Shown piece by piece: positions 19,965 through 28,686 of a stretch of 34,681 nucleotides of DNA. The notes beneath the pieces were generated by a model, which had not been told where the DNA came from, searched no databases, and was given only the letters and a program-made list of their open reading frames with translations. Position 1 is the first letter of the stretch, and each line of letters opens with the position of its first letter. The DNA is from Promethearchaeota archaeon (GTDB taxonomy: Archaea > Asgardarchaeota > Lokiarchaeia > Sigyniarchaeales > SOKP01), in assembly GCA_030603385.1 (NCBI GenBank), contig JAUVXW010000042.1:1-34681 (forward strand), read 5' to 3'. The position numbers and the translations under genes were made by a program.

Positions 19965-20750
19965 TTACACAATTCCTGAATTAGCAAGCATTAATCTTGT
20001 TAATGCTTCGAAAGTTTCTTCTACATTCTCACCTGTTCTCGGACTACACTCTGCAAAACCATCTACACCTCTTGATTTTGCGATTTTAATTCCTTCTTCT
20101 GCTGAGATTTGCCGTTCTTCTTCGAATTCTGGTACTATTCCCACAACAAGAATGGGAAAAATGTCTTCTTGTCTTATTTCTTTTCTAATCACCATCAGCC
20201 AATCATCTATATGGACAAGTGAACTAAAATTATTAACATCATAAATGAATAAAGCTCCATTAGCTCCTCTAACATAAGTAGGAAATAAAAATCTAAATCT
20301 TTCTTCCCCACCAAAATCCCAAATTTGTAATTTAATCCTTTTATCATAAACCTTTAGACTCTTGACTTCAAAATCGACGCCTATTGTCATTTTTGAATCT
20401 GATTTAAACAAATTAGTTAAAAATCTTTGAAATAATTGTGTCTTTTCTACTCCAGGATCACCGAGTAGTACAACTTTATATGTAGCATCATAGAATCCCC
20501 CATAATGTGATCTATAAACTATATCTTTAATTACTCTTGGTTTTTTTTTAATCAGTTTTTTTGCGATAGGAACCTTTTCTTTTTTAGGATATTTTTTTTT
20601 AGAGATTTTAATACTACCAGGTATATCCTCATTAAAAGATTTAAGTGTTTTATATAAAGGCTCATAAATAAACTCTGATGGAATGTATCTTAACTGCCTT
20701 TTTTTCCTCCACTTTCTTAATAATCCCATTTCTATGCAGAAATTCTCCAT
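19965..20750 (-). CDS. Rab-like GTPase with long basic N-terminal extension (alternative start 20729, MGLLRKWRKKR)
   Basis: GDPGVEKT, TIGVDF, WDFGGEERF; G4 replaced by GIVPE; SPRTG. Confidence 0.85.
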   Translation of the reverse strand: MENFCIEMGLLRKWRKKRQLRYIPSEFIYEPLYKTLKSFNEDIPGSIKISKKKYPKKEKVPIAKKLIKKKPRVIKDIVYRSHYGGFYDATYKVVLLGDPGVEKTQLFQRFLTNLFKSDSKMTIGVDFEVKSLKVYDKRIKLQIWDFGGEERFRFLFPTYVRGANGALFIYDVNNFSSLVHIDDWLMVIRKEIRQEDIFPILVVGIVPEFEEERQISAEEGIKIAKSRGVDGFAECSPRTGENVEETFEALTRLMLANSGIV

Positions 20751-20963
20751 TTATAAATACTAAAATTAAACATCTTCAAGTCAGGATTCAATTTCTTTTC
20801 CTTCTAATTTTATTAACAAATTTAACCATTTAAATTTTACATTATTGTCATACTTATTTCTATATACTTCTTAGCATACTTTGGGATTATAGTTGTGTAA
20901 TCACGGGACAAGTCTTTCTAAGTGTGGATTGAGCAAATTTCCTCGCGAAGTTTTAAGAAATTT

Positions 20964-21135
20964 TTTAATATCATCCCTTCTTACTTATTAAACGATGAAA
21001 GAGTTAACCGATACAGAAATCCAATGGTTAGAGGCATTTACCAAAAACCATGAATTTTTCGCATCCTTCCTGCTCCATTACAAATTAAAACTGCATTTAT
21101 CGAATAATCAATATTATTGGCTTCTACATTATTGA
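20964..21135 (+). repeat. MKELTD repeat copy R2 with 46-codon ORF 20995..21135
   Basis: MKELTDTEIQWLEAFTKNHEFFASFLLHYKLKLHLSNNQYYWLLHY*; about 140 bp near-identical to 30480-30619. Confidence 0.85.
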
Positions 21136-21222
21136 TAGTGTAATTATTTAAAAAAATTACAAAAAAAAACTGTTGAGTTTCCTCCGCTTTTTTTTCTCTC
21201 TAACATAAGTCTGATTTCAGGC

Positions 21223-22476
21223 TTACTCTTCTTTAAAAATACTTGTATAACAGTATTCACATCTGATTAATTGACCTTGAAGAAATCGTTGAATCAAAGA
21301 TTCTTGTATTTTTGTGCTACAATAATGACATTTTAGATTTTTTAATCTCGCTTTAATTTTATCAGAGAACCATTTCGGAATATTTTTAAAATTATTAAAC
21401 CATTTTGATAAGTTTCCTATAAATTTTGGATTTTCTAAAATGAAATTCATTTCTTTGCTATTTAAATATTTCAAATAACCTTGGTTTATTAAATATATAA
21501 CCACAGAAGGATAACCGCTTTCGAGCCTAAGTGCAATTTCTTCTTTAAATACCTTTCTTGCAAGAGAATCTCCTACTTCTACAAGAGCCTTCAACAATGT
21601 GAATGCTAAATTTCTGTGTAAAATACGTGTATCGTAATCATTTTCATACCACGCTTGTAAATTAGAGCAATGCCCCCAAAATTCGGTATCAGGAGATAAG
21701 TAATGTTTTTTTAACCTGCCTGGTTCCATTGAAGAATCTAACTCTTCTGCAGCCTCATCAATAGATTCAATTTCATCATAATCTCTAATTCTATCATTAG
21801 GGATGTTTAACAACAAGAATTTACATTGATTAAACAGCTTTCCTCCAACATATATATTAGTTTTAGCGCTTTTTAATTTAAGTTCTAGATGCTTATTTAC
21901 TTTGAATTCAAGTCCACTAATGCGTTCTGGTTTAATTAATCCTTGCCTGATTTTTGAGGTGTGGGGCTGAAACATCGAGTGAAGAACCAAATTAAATAAT
22001 GCTTCAATATTCTCTCCTGTTTTACCCGAAACTTCCAGGAATCCACTAAATTTACTATCCTTTGATACCTGGAGCCCTTCATCATAGGAGATGTTGCGAG
22101 ATTCTTCCAAATCTAATTTATTTCCAGCTAATACTATTGGGATATCTCCTGCGTTTTCTCTCATTATTTGACTCCAATCAGAAAGGTGGTTGAGTGTATT
22201 TCGATTCGTAATATCATAAAGAAAAATTGCCCCATTTGACCCCTTACAATATTGTGATAGTAAAAATCTAAAACGCTCTTCGCCTCCGAAATCCCAGATC
22301 TGCATCTTCACCTTTTCCTCCTCAAAATTGACGATCTTAGAGTAAAAATCAATGCCAATAGTTAGCTTAAGATCTTTTATAAAAAACCCAGTAAAATATT
22401 TATTAATTAAGGCGGTTTTTTGGGAAGACTCTTCTCCTAAAACCATAATTTTAAAGGTATAATCGTAATCCATCAT
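21223..22476 (-). CDS. Rab-like GTPase fused to FWGHCSN domain and C-terminal Zn ribbon (paralog of 4517..5773)
   Basis: GEESSQKT (degenerate G1), TIGIDF, WDFGGEERF, GNKLD, SGKTG; EFWGHCSNLQAW; CHYC...CEYC. Confidence 0.9.
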   Translation of the reverse strand: MMDYDYTFKIMVLGEESSQKTALINKYFTGFFIKDLKLTIGIDFYSKIVNFEEEKVKMQIWDFGGEERFRFLLSQYCKGSNGAIFLYDITNRNTLNHLSDWSQIMRENAGDIPIVLAGNKLDLEESRNISYDEGLQVSKDSKFSGFLEVSGKTGENIEALFNLVLHSMFQPHTSKIRQGLIKPERISGLEFKVNKHLELKLKSAKTNIYVGGKLFNQCKFLLLNIPNDRIRDYDEIESIDEAAEELDSSMEPGRLKKHYLSPDTEFWGHCSNLQAWYENDYDTRILHRNLAFTLLKALVEVGDSLARKVFKEEIALRLESGYPSVVIYLINQGYLKYLNSKEMNFILENPKFIGNLSKWFNNFKNIPKWFSDKIKARLKNLKCHYCSTKIQESLIQRFLQGQLIRCEYCYTSIFKEE

Positions 22477-22761
22477 TTTTAATGAATTTTTGAAAACTTA
22501 TTATTAGGGTAAAATGAAAAGCAAAATCTGAAATCTAAATTTCTCTCTCACATAATAAGAAATAATATCACTATATAAGTTTCACAGTTCTGCCAGTTTT
22601 TCACATGACATAAATGAATTGAACGAAAATTTTTAAAATTTTAATTTTTCCAATCATTATCCTCATCCTATAGTTCTAATCATCAATTTCACAGAAAGAA
22701 CGATAATAGCTGTTTATTTAGAAAAGAGGTAATAAATAACAGTTATTGAATTATAATGGGA

Positions 22762-22827
22762 ATGAAAGAATTAACTGATAAAGAAATCCAGTGGTTAGAA
22801 GCATTTGCGAAAAATCATGAATTTTGA
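22762..22827 (+). repeat. MKELTD repeat copy R3 (diverged allele, 21 codons)
   Basis: MKELTDKEIQWLEAFAKNHEF*; differences from R2/R4 are largely synonymous. Confidence 0.8.
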
Positions 22828-23067
22828 CTTGTCTTGAATCCCTGAATTTAAAAGCAAATTTCTGGATTAAAATGCCGGAGAGCATAGAAAAATTAAAAGA
22901 AGAAGGGCTTCAAATCATATTATAAATTTAGTGATTTATAGACCATGAATTACGTTTGAACATTCAGAAAAAGACAAAAGCGTACATCATTAATTAAATC
23001 AATCTTTCCCTCAAGAATTTGCACTATTTAAGTAAGACTTAAATCGAGGTATTACTATTTCTCTAGT

Positions 23068-23304
23068 ATGACCAAATTAAAAGTTGGACCTAAAGGACAA
23101 GTTACCTTGATAAAAAAAATAAGAGAGAAATTTGGCATAGAACCAGGTTCACTTATCGAGGAAATCGAAGTTGAAGATGGTATATTAATAAAACCTATAG
23201 AATCTTCATTTAAAAAATGGAAGAGGCTTAAAGAGAACGTAAGTAAGAAATGGCCTTCAGGGATTTCTTCTGTACAAGCGATTCAAGAGGATCGAACAAA
23301 ATGA
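23068..23304 (+). CDS. AbrB/MazE/SpoVT family antitoxin
   Basis: KVGPKGQVTL.KKIREKFGIEPG. Confidence 0.9.
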   Translation: MTKLKVGPKGQVTLIKKIREKFGIEPGSLIEEIEVEDGILIKPIESSFKKWKRLKENVSKKWPSGISSVQAIQEDRTK

Positions 23305-23717
23305 AAGACATAATTGTAGATTCTAATGTCTTTATTGCATCTTTAATAAAAAATGATAAATTTCACCAGAACAGCCTTAGTATTATTGAAAGGATGGAAA
23401 ATGGTGAATTAAATTTTCATGTATCTATGATAACCCCTATTGAAATATGCTGTGCCATTGCAAGGAGAGTGGGAATAAAAGAAGCAAAGGAAAGTCAAGA
23501 AATAATCCAAAATTGGGTTAAAGAGAAAAAAATTAATATTCACGAACTGAATAAAAAGAGAATGCTTGAAGCTCAAAATCGCGGAATCAATTTTAAATTA
23601 AAGGGAATGGATGCAATCATAGTTCAATTAGCATTTGAATTAAATTTCCCATTAATCACTTTCGACAATGAAATTATTGAAAGAACAAAAGATATCCAAT
23701 TTTTTGAATCATCTTAA
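23301..23717 (+). CDS. vapC: VapC PIN-domain toxin (start set to ATG 23301, ATGA overlap with antitoxin stop)
   Basis: IIVDSNVFI, PIEI, GMDAI, LITFDNE. Confidence 0.88.
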   Translation: MKDIIVDSNVFIASLIKNDKFHQNSLSIIERMENGELNFHVSMITPIEICCAIARRVGIKEAKESQEIIQNWVKEKKINIHELNKKRMLEAQNRGINFKLKGMDAIIVQLAFELNFPLITFDNEIIERTKDIQFFESS

Positions 23718-23839
23718 TATTATGATCTTTAAATATGTTTGGATATAAGTACATCAACCTAACATTTACAAATATCTAACTATATACAAATAGGACTTCT
23801 ATTTAATTTTTAAGAATAAATTTATAAATTCTTTTCTTG

Positions 23840-24058
23840 TTAATTAAAAAGAGCTATAATAAGCTCGTGAAATTCTTTAAAAACTCTTATTGTTTCTTCA
23901 TATTCTTCAGCATGAAAATAAGCAAATCCTAAATTTCTCAAAAGAGATTCATTTTCAAGCTCAATTTTCAAAGCTTCGGTTATAATCTCTATAACTTTTG
24001 CAAAATTGTCCAGTTTAATATAATGTGACTCTTTTATGTAAATTATTGACTCTGGCAT
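23840..24058 (-). pseudogene. Truncated tetratricopeptide-repeat protein
   Basis: About one TPR: NESLLRNLGFAYFHAEEYEETIRVFKE; short ORF. Confidence 0.5.
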
Positions 24059-24240
24059 TTATTATATTTATATTTGTAATTTTTATTGTATACCATTTTT
24101 CCTCTTTATTCTTAAATCTAATTTTTAGCATAGGATTTTTATAATACAAAAATTATATTTGCATTATTTTATAATTTTATTCATGAAAAACTTTTTTAAA
24201 CATGAAAAATATTATAAATACAAGTAAATTATAATTTTAA

Positions 24241-24501
24241 TTGATGATAAAAATGAAAAACGAAGTAACAGTTACAAGTCGAGGAATGGTTACAATTCCT
24301 TCAAAATTAAGGAAAAAATTAAATATAAAAGATGGGTCTAAACTCATCGTTAAAGAACATAAACTAGGATTATTATATATTCCAATCATAGAATTAGAAG
24401 ATTTATTTGGAGTTGATTCTAAAGAATTAGGTTATGAAATGATACGAGAAATACATGAAGATAGAAGAAAAGAAAGAATAAAGGAAACTGAGAAAAAATG
24501 A
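24241..24501 (+). CDS. AbrB/MazE/SpoVT family antitoxin (start may be 24253)
   Basis: VTVTSRGMVTIPSKLRKKLNIKDG. Confidence 0.9.
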   Translation: MMIKMKNEVTVTSRGMVTIPSKLRKKLNIKDGSKLIVKEHKLGLLYIPIIELEDLFGVDSKELGYEMIREIHEDRRKERIKETEKK

Positions 24502-24523
24502 AAATGAGAATTATAAATAAATT

Positions 24524-24925
24524 ATGAAAAGTATATTTTTAGATACAGGGATTTTTGAATTATTTTTTAGTGGTAATCAAACCATCAAAAAGATTTTCAA
24601 CCAAATAAAAAATGAAACCATTCAAGCATTTACATTAGAATTAAATTTATGTGAGATTTTTTATAAGACATGTGAAAAATTAGGCAAAGAAACCGCCCAA
24701 ATTAGAAATATTTCTCTTAGAAACAGTAAAATAAAAATTCTTGATATAAATGACCAATTAACAATAAGATCTGGAATTTTTAAATGTAAATATCCTCAAA
24801 TATTATCACTAGTAGATGCTTATATAAGTGGTTGTGCAGATCTAAACAATTTAATAATTTATTCTACAGATCCTGGGCTTAAAGATATAAAAGAAGTTAA
24901 AAATAATATTTTTCCTTTGGATTAA
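24524..24925 (+). CDS. vapC: VapC PIN-domain toxin
   Basis: IFLDTG, NLCEIFY, LSLVDAY, YSTD. Confidence 0.88.
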   Translation: MKSIFLDTGIFELFFSGNQTIKKIFNQIKNETIQAFTLELNLCEIFYKTCEKLGKETAQIRNISLRNSKIKILDINDQLTIRSGIFKCKYPQILSLVDAYISGCADLNNLIIYSTDPGLKDIKEVKNNIFPLD

Positions 24926-25227
24926 TTATATAATAGTTGGGTCTCTTTTAATCTCCCAACGTGTGTTATAGCGTCTGATATCATTGTAGATTGGCTTCTA
25001 CTCCGCCATCGAAATCGTTATTTTCAACTATATTGTAAAGAGGTAAGATTCTCTAAATTCTAATGAAATTAATATACATTATGGTAAGGATTTTATTATG
25101 TATAATTTACTAATAAAAGAATTTTAAATAGGTTGTTTTTCGCGTATTTAGGAAATCTGTTAAAAATTTTTAGGTTTATTAAGAGACTACTAAAATTAAA
25201 TTTACTTTTAAAAACCTTCTTATTATT

Positions 25228-25683
25228 ATGGAAACAATTTATGTGTTCAAGGTTGCTTTAAAGTATCGGAAAGGTTTATGGCGTAAAATTGAGATTAAAA
25301 AAGATCAAACACTTGGAGAATTTGATGAAATTATTCGAGAATCATTCAATTATGATTCATGGGATCATTTAAGCATGTTTTTTTCTGGCCGTGCATGGAA
25401 ATCAGAAGATTTTGGTCAAATTGAGCCGGGAAGCCAAGGTGCGGGTGTTAAAATGCAAATTGATCAGTTAGGGTTGTCTGAGGAAGATAAATTGGAGTAT
25501 GTATATGATTTTGGAGATGATATACAACATGTTATTACATTAGAAAAGATTAAAGAATCAGAAATAAAATACAAAACACCTTGTATCATTGCGAAAAGCA
25601 GAACTTGATTAAAATATTGTAGACAATGTAAGAACATGGGAAAAAAAGTTAAGGCAAAATATGGGGTGATTTTGCGAAAGTAG
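25228..25683 (+). pseudogene. pRiA4b ORF-3-like protein with internal TGA at 25606-25608 and a truncated Cys-rich tail
   Basis: WRKIEI...TL..F...I...F...DHL..F, YVYDFGD..QH; in-frame read past TGA gives LKYCRQCKNMGKKVKAKY... to TAG at 25683. Confidence 0.65.
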
Positions 25684-26294
25684 CTTTGAAAAATCTAAAG
25701 AATCTTTTTGATGCAATTAATAAAAATAAAAAGTGGGAGTGAAATTCCTATAACTCCCAGAAACAGTTTAACTTAACGAATTTGTTAAACTCTAATACTT
25801 TGAATTTCGGTTTTCATGATCGTCGTTCTATTTAACATTATATGTGTTAATGTTGCGAATGATTCTTGAATATTTTCGAATTTCTTTATTTATAGTCTAA
25901 TAATATAGTTATCCCCGGTGTGAAAATACCCCCTAAACTGAATATACCTACCCACAACCCTTTTTCTACCTTTTTCATAACTACGCCAAATTTGTATAAA
26001 GTTGATACATGAAATCAAAAAGAAACATTGATATTTAAATGTATTGTGATATTTTAACCAGTTTGTCCTTCTTTTCACGGAAATTAATGGAAAATGGTAA
26101 AATTATAAAATTCTTAGATTACCTTCCTTTTTGTCCCATGAATTATCATTAATCTGTTCATTATTACTATCCAAACCAAAAACCTTCAAATTTATCGAAC
26201 TCTGGAATCATTTTTCACCCAAAAATATATTAGAATCAAAGAGGTAACTTAGGTATTGTCATAAATCATTTATAGTAATAATTCCATATGTATA

Positions 26295-26540
26295 ATGATG
26301 ACAACACCAAAAGAAAAAGAAGTGAAAAAGGAAGAAAAAGTATCTGAAGAAAACTTTTTCTTTGATGATTCTGAAGAGATCATATTAACTGAGCAAGAGA
26401 TACAAGATCTCGAAAAAAAACTTGAAAATAGAGAAATTGATGATAAAACTCGTTCTTATTTTAAGTCCTCTCACCAATTTTTTAAAAGATTGGAAGAAAA
26501 TGAATATTCAATATCATTAGAAGAAATTGAGAAATTATAA
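26295..26540 (+). CDS. Putative antitoxin for GNAT toxin (DUF1778/TacA C-terminus-like, no RHH)
   Basis: EIILTEQEIQDLEKKLEN resembles the TacA neutralisation segment; directly upstream of the GNAT. Confidence 0.55.
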   Translation: MMTTPKEKEVKKEEKVSEENFFFDDSEEIILTEQEIQDLEKKLENREIDDKTRSYFKSSHQFFKRLEENEYSISLEEIEKL

Positions 26541-26554
26541 AAGGGATTTTTCAA

Positions 26555-27055
26555 TTGACTGATTTAATTTTTAAAGAACTAGATAGAGATGTAATTATTG
26601 AAACATTTAATTGTGGGGATCAGGCTATTAACAATTTTTTGAATAATCTAGCTCTCCTCAATCAAGAACAAAAACTTTCAAAAACCTATACTTTTTGTTT
26701 GAAAAATTCTAACACGATAATTGCATTTTTAACACTTTCCGCTTCTCAGTTAAATACAGGAGATGCAAGGATATTTGGGATTGATAAAGTGCCAATAGTA
26801 CTTCTAGGACGATTAGGGGTAGATAATAATTATAAAAATAAAAAACTAGGTGTAGCATTGATAAATATCGCCTTAGAAAAATCATTAGAAGCAAGTAAAA
26901 TCATTGCTTGTCGTTTATTGTTGGTAGAAACTACTTTGGATATTAAATCCTATTACTTAGAAAAAGTAAATATGGGTTTTGAATGGTTTCGAGATCGGAA
27001 GAATACCTCTATTCTCTTTATCGATCTGAAAAAATATGAAGAAAATCTTCAATAA
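26555..27055 (+). CDS. GNAT acetyltransferase, TacT/AtaT-like toxin
   Basis: FNCGDQAINNFL..A..NQ...SKTY, VPIVLLGRLGVD..YK..KLG..L, CRLLLVE. Confidence 0.85.
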   Translation: MTDLIFKELDRDVIIETFNCGDQAINNFLNNLALLNQEQKLSKTYTFCLKNSNTIIAFLTLSASQLNTGDARIFGIDKVPIVLLGRLGVDNNYKNKKLGVALINIALEKSLEASKIIACRLLLVETTLDIKSYYLEKVNMGFEWFRDRKNTSILFIDLKKYEENLQ

Positions 27056-27269
27056 AACATAAAATGTCATTAGGTTTTAATTATTTGAATTCTGATAAGA
27101 TTTATATAACCTAACCTTGATTATATAAGCGGGTTTGAAAACCATTTGAATTCAAAGAATACGCAATTTTTTAAAAGTTAAAACAGTTAGTAATGTCAAG
27201 AATTAGAGTACAATGCCAATGGAACGAAAATATTTAAAAAAAATATTAGAGAAAATATCTAGAAAAGAT

Positions 27270-27654
27270 TTAGATGGTAACATATTCTTTTGGAAATATA
27301 TTATAGATCTGTTCTGCGGGCACCTCATTACCAGTAGAATACAAAAACCAACCAAATTCCCCCTCATCAGACGCCATACCGTAAGTATACAACTCGAATT
27401 CATGTGATTTGCGCATAGTGCCTACGAAACCGAGTAATAAATCGAGTATAGTAAGCCAAAGGTTTTGCCCCTCTTCATCCTGTTTATCAACCGGATCTTC
27501 TATCCTACGTTCATAGCCGTATAGCGTTGCCATGCAACTCCTTCCATCATTACTCTTGAAGAAGTTTACAGAAGGTTCCATAACGTTAACTAAAGATGGG
27601 AAATACTGTTGATGTTTTTCCATGGAATTTTTCGTAATAGGCAAGTAAAAATCT
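27270..27654 (-). pseudogene. 5'-truncated duplicate of ORF 30623..31132 (385-bp direct repeat)
   Basis: Ungapped match to 30623-31007, about 20 substitutions by manual count; reading frame intact but N-terminus absent. Confidence 0.9.
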
Positions 27655-27784
27655 ATTTTATTATAACTGGATTGTAGATAAGAGGAATATTCAATATCCC
27701 ATGTAGGCTGAACTCGATAAAGACCCCACCCACTAAATTTAATTTATTAGGATGAATATATTTAATAAATATGAATAATACCTA

Positions 27785-28105
27785 TTGAGTGAGAAAAACA
27801 TGAAAGCTTTAAATAAAGAAGAGATATTCAAGCTTCTCAAGCAACATAAAGAAAAATTAAAGAAGTGTTATGTTTTAAAGATTGGAATATTTGGCTCCGT
27901 TTTGAGAGGAGATAATACTAATGAGAGTGATGTCGATTTTATAGTCGAGTTTGAGGATGGGAAAAAAAATTATGATAATTTTATCGAATTAGCCTTTTTA
28001 TTAGAACGTCTTTTGCAGAGAAAAGTTGATTTACTCACGATCGAAGCTCTCAGTCCTTATATGAAGCCCAAGATCTTAAGGGAGGCTTATTTTGAATCAA
28101 TCTAA
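27785..28105 (+). CDS. Minimal nucleotidyltransferase (MNT antitoxin)
   Basis: IGIFGSVLRG....SDVDFIVEF, RKVDL. Confidence 0.9.
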   Translation: MSEKNMKALNKEEIFKLLKQHKEKLKKCYVLKIGIFGSVLRGDNTNESDVDFIVEFEDGKKNYDNFIELAFLLERLLQRKVDLLTIEALSPYMKPKILREAYFESI

Positions 28106-28422
28106 CGATTATGTGGACAAAATCAATCATATAAATAATGAGATTAATTATTTATCAATCAAATCAAAAGGATTAACGCATGATGAGTTTATTAAAGATG
28201 AAACACTAAAAAGAGCATTTGTTAGAAGCTTGGAGATTATTGGAGAAGCTGTAAAAACCATTCCTAAACAAGTATGTGAACAATATAGACAGATCGAATG
28301 GAATAAAATTGCGAATCATATTCCTAAAATCTCCAAGTTTCTAACAAATCGAATGGAATAAAATTGAAAATCATATTCCTAAATTAAAAGAAACAATTAA
28401 GCTAATTCTCAATGAAGAATAA
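28092..28422 (+). pseudogene. HEPN/DUF86 ribonuclease toxin, catalytic segment deleted
   Basis: RAFVRSLEIIGEAVK..P present; RX4H motif absent; 36-bp direct repeat 28293-28328/28348-28383 with the natural C-terminus (ENHIPKLKETIKLILNEE*) out of frame. Confidence 0.85.
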
Positions 28423-28686
28423 TTGAAATTGAAAAAAATGTATATGTCGTGGAAGGAGACAAATGTGTGGCCTTTTTATTTCTTGAGAGGTTTCATAGGG
28501 CAACGGAATCGCTGGAAATAAATGAATTTTTTTGACTAAATTGAAAATCGAGACTATACTTTTTTACGAAAATGTTAAAGATTTTATTACAAATTAATGG
28601 AAATAGACAAAAATGTTAAATATATATATTGAAATTACTTTCTGAAATATAACCCGATATTATAATAATTATTTGGTGAAATCAAA

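Noticed and set aside
22872-22949. Mini-ORF MPESIEKLKEEG resembling the start of the TPR fragment at 24058
   Set aside because: Similarity is limited to about 7 residues with weak DNA identity
25606-25608. In-frame TGA followed by a CxxC-containing continuation as possible selenocysteine
   Set aside because: The TGA is not at a Cys-like position (more like CGA to TGA), the tail stops after 24 codons and no SECIS was recognised; pseudogene is simpler
25890-26139. 62-aa ORF and stop-riddled frame, possible transposase remnant
   Set aside because: No DDE or other diagnostic motif; cannot be assigned
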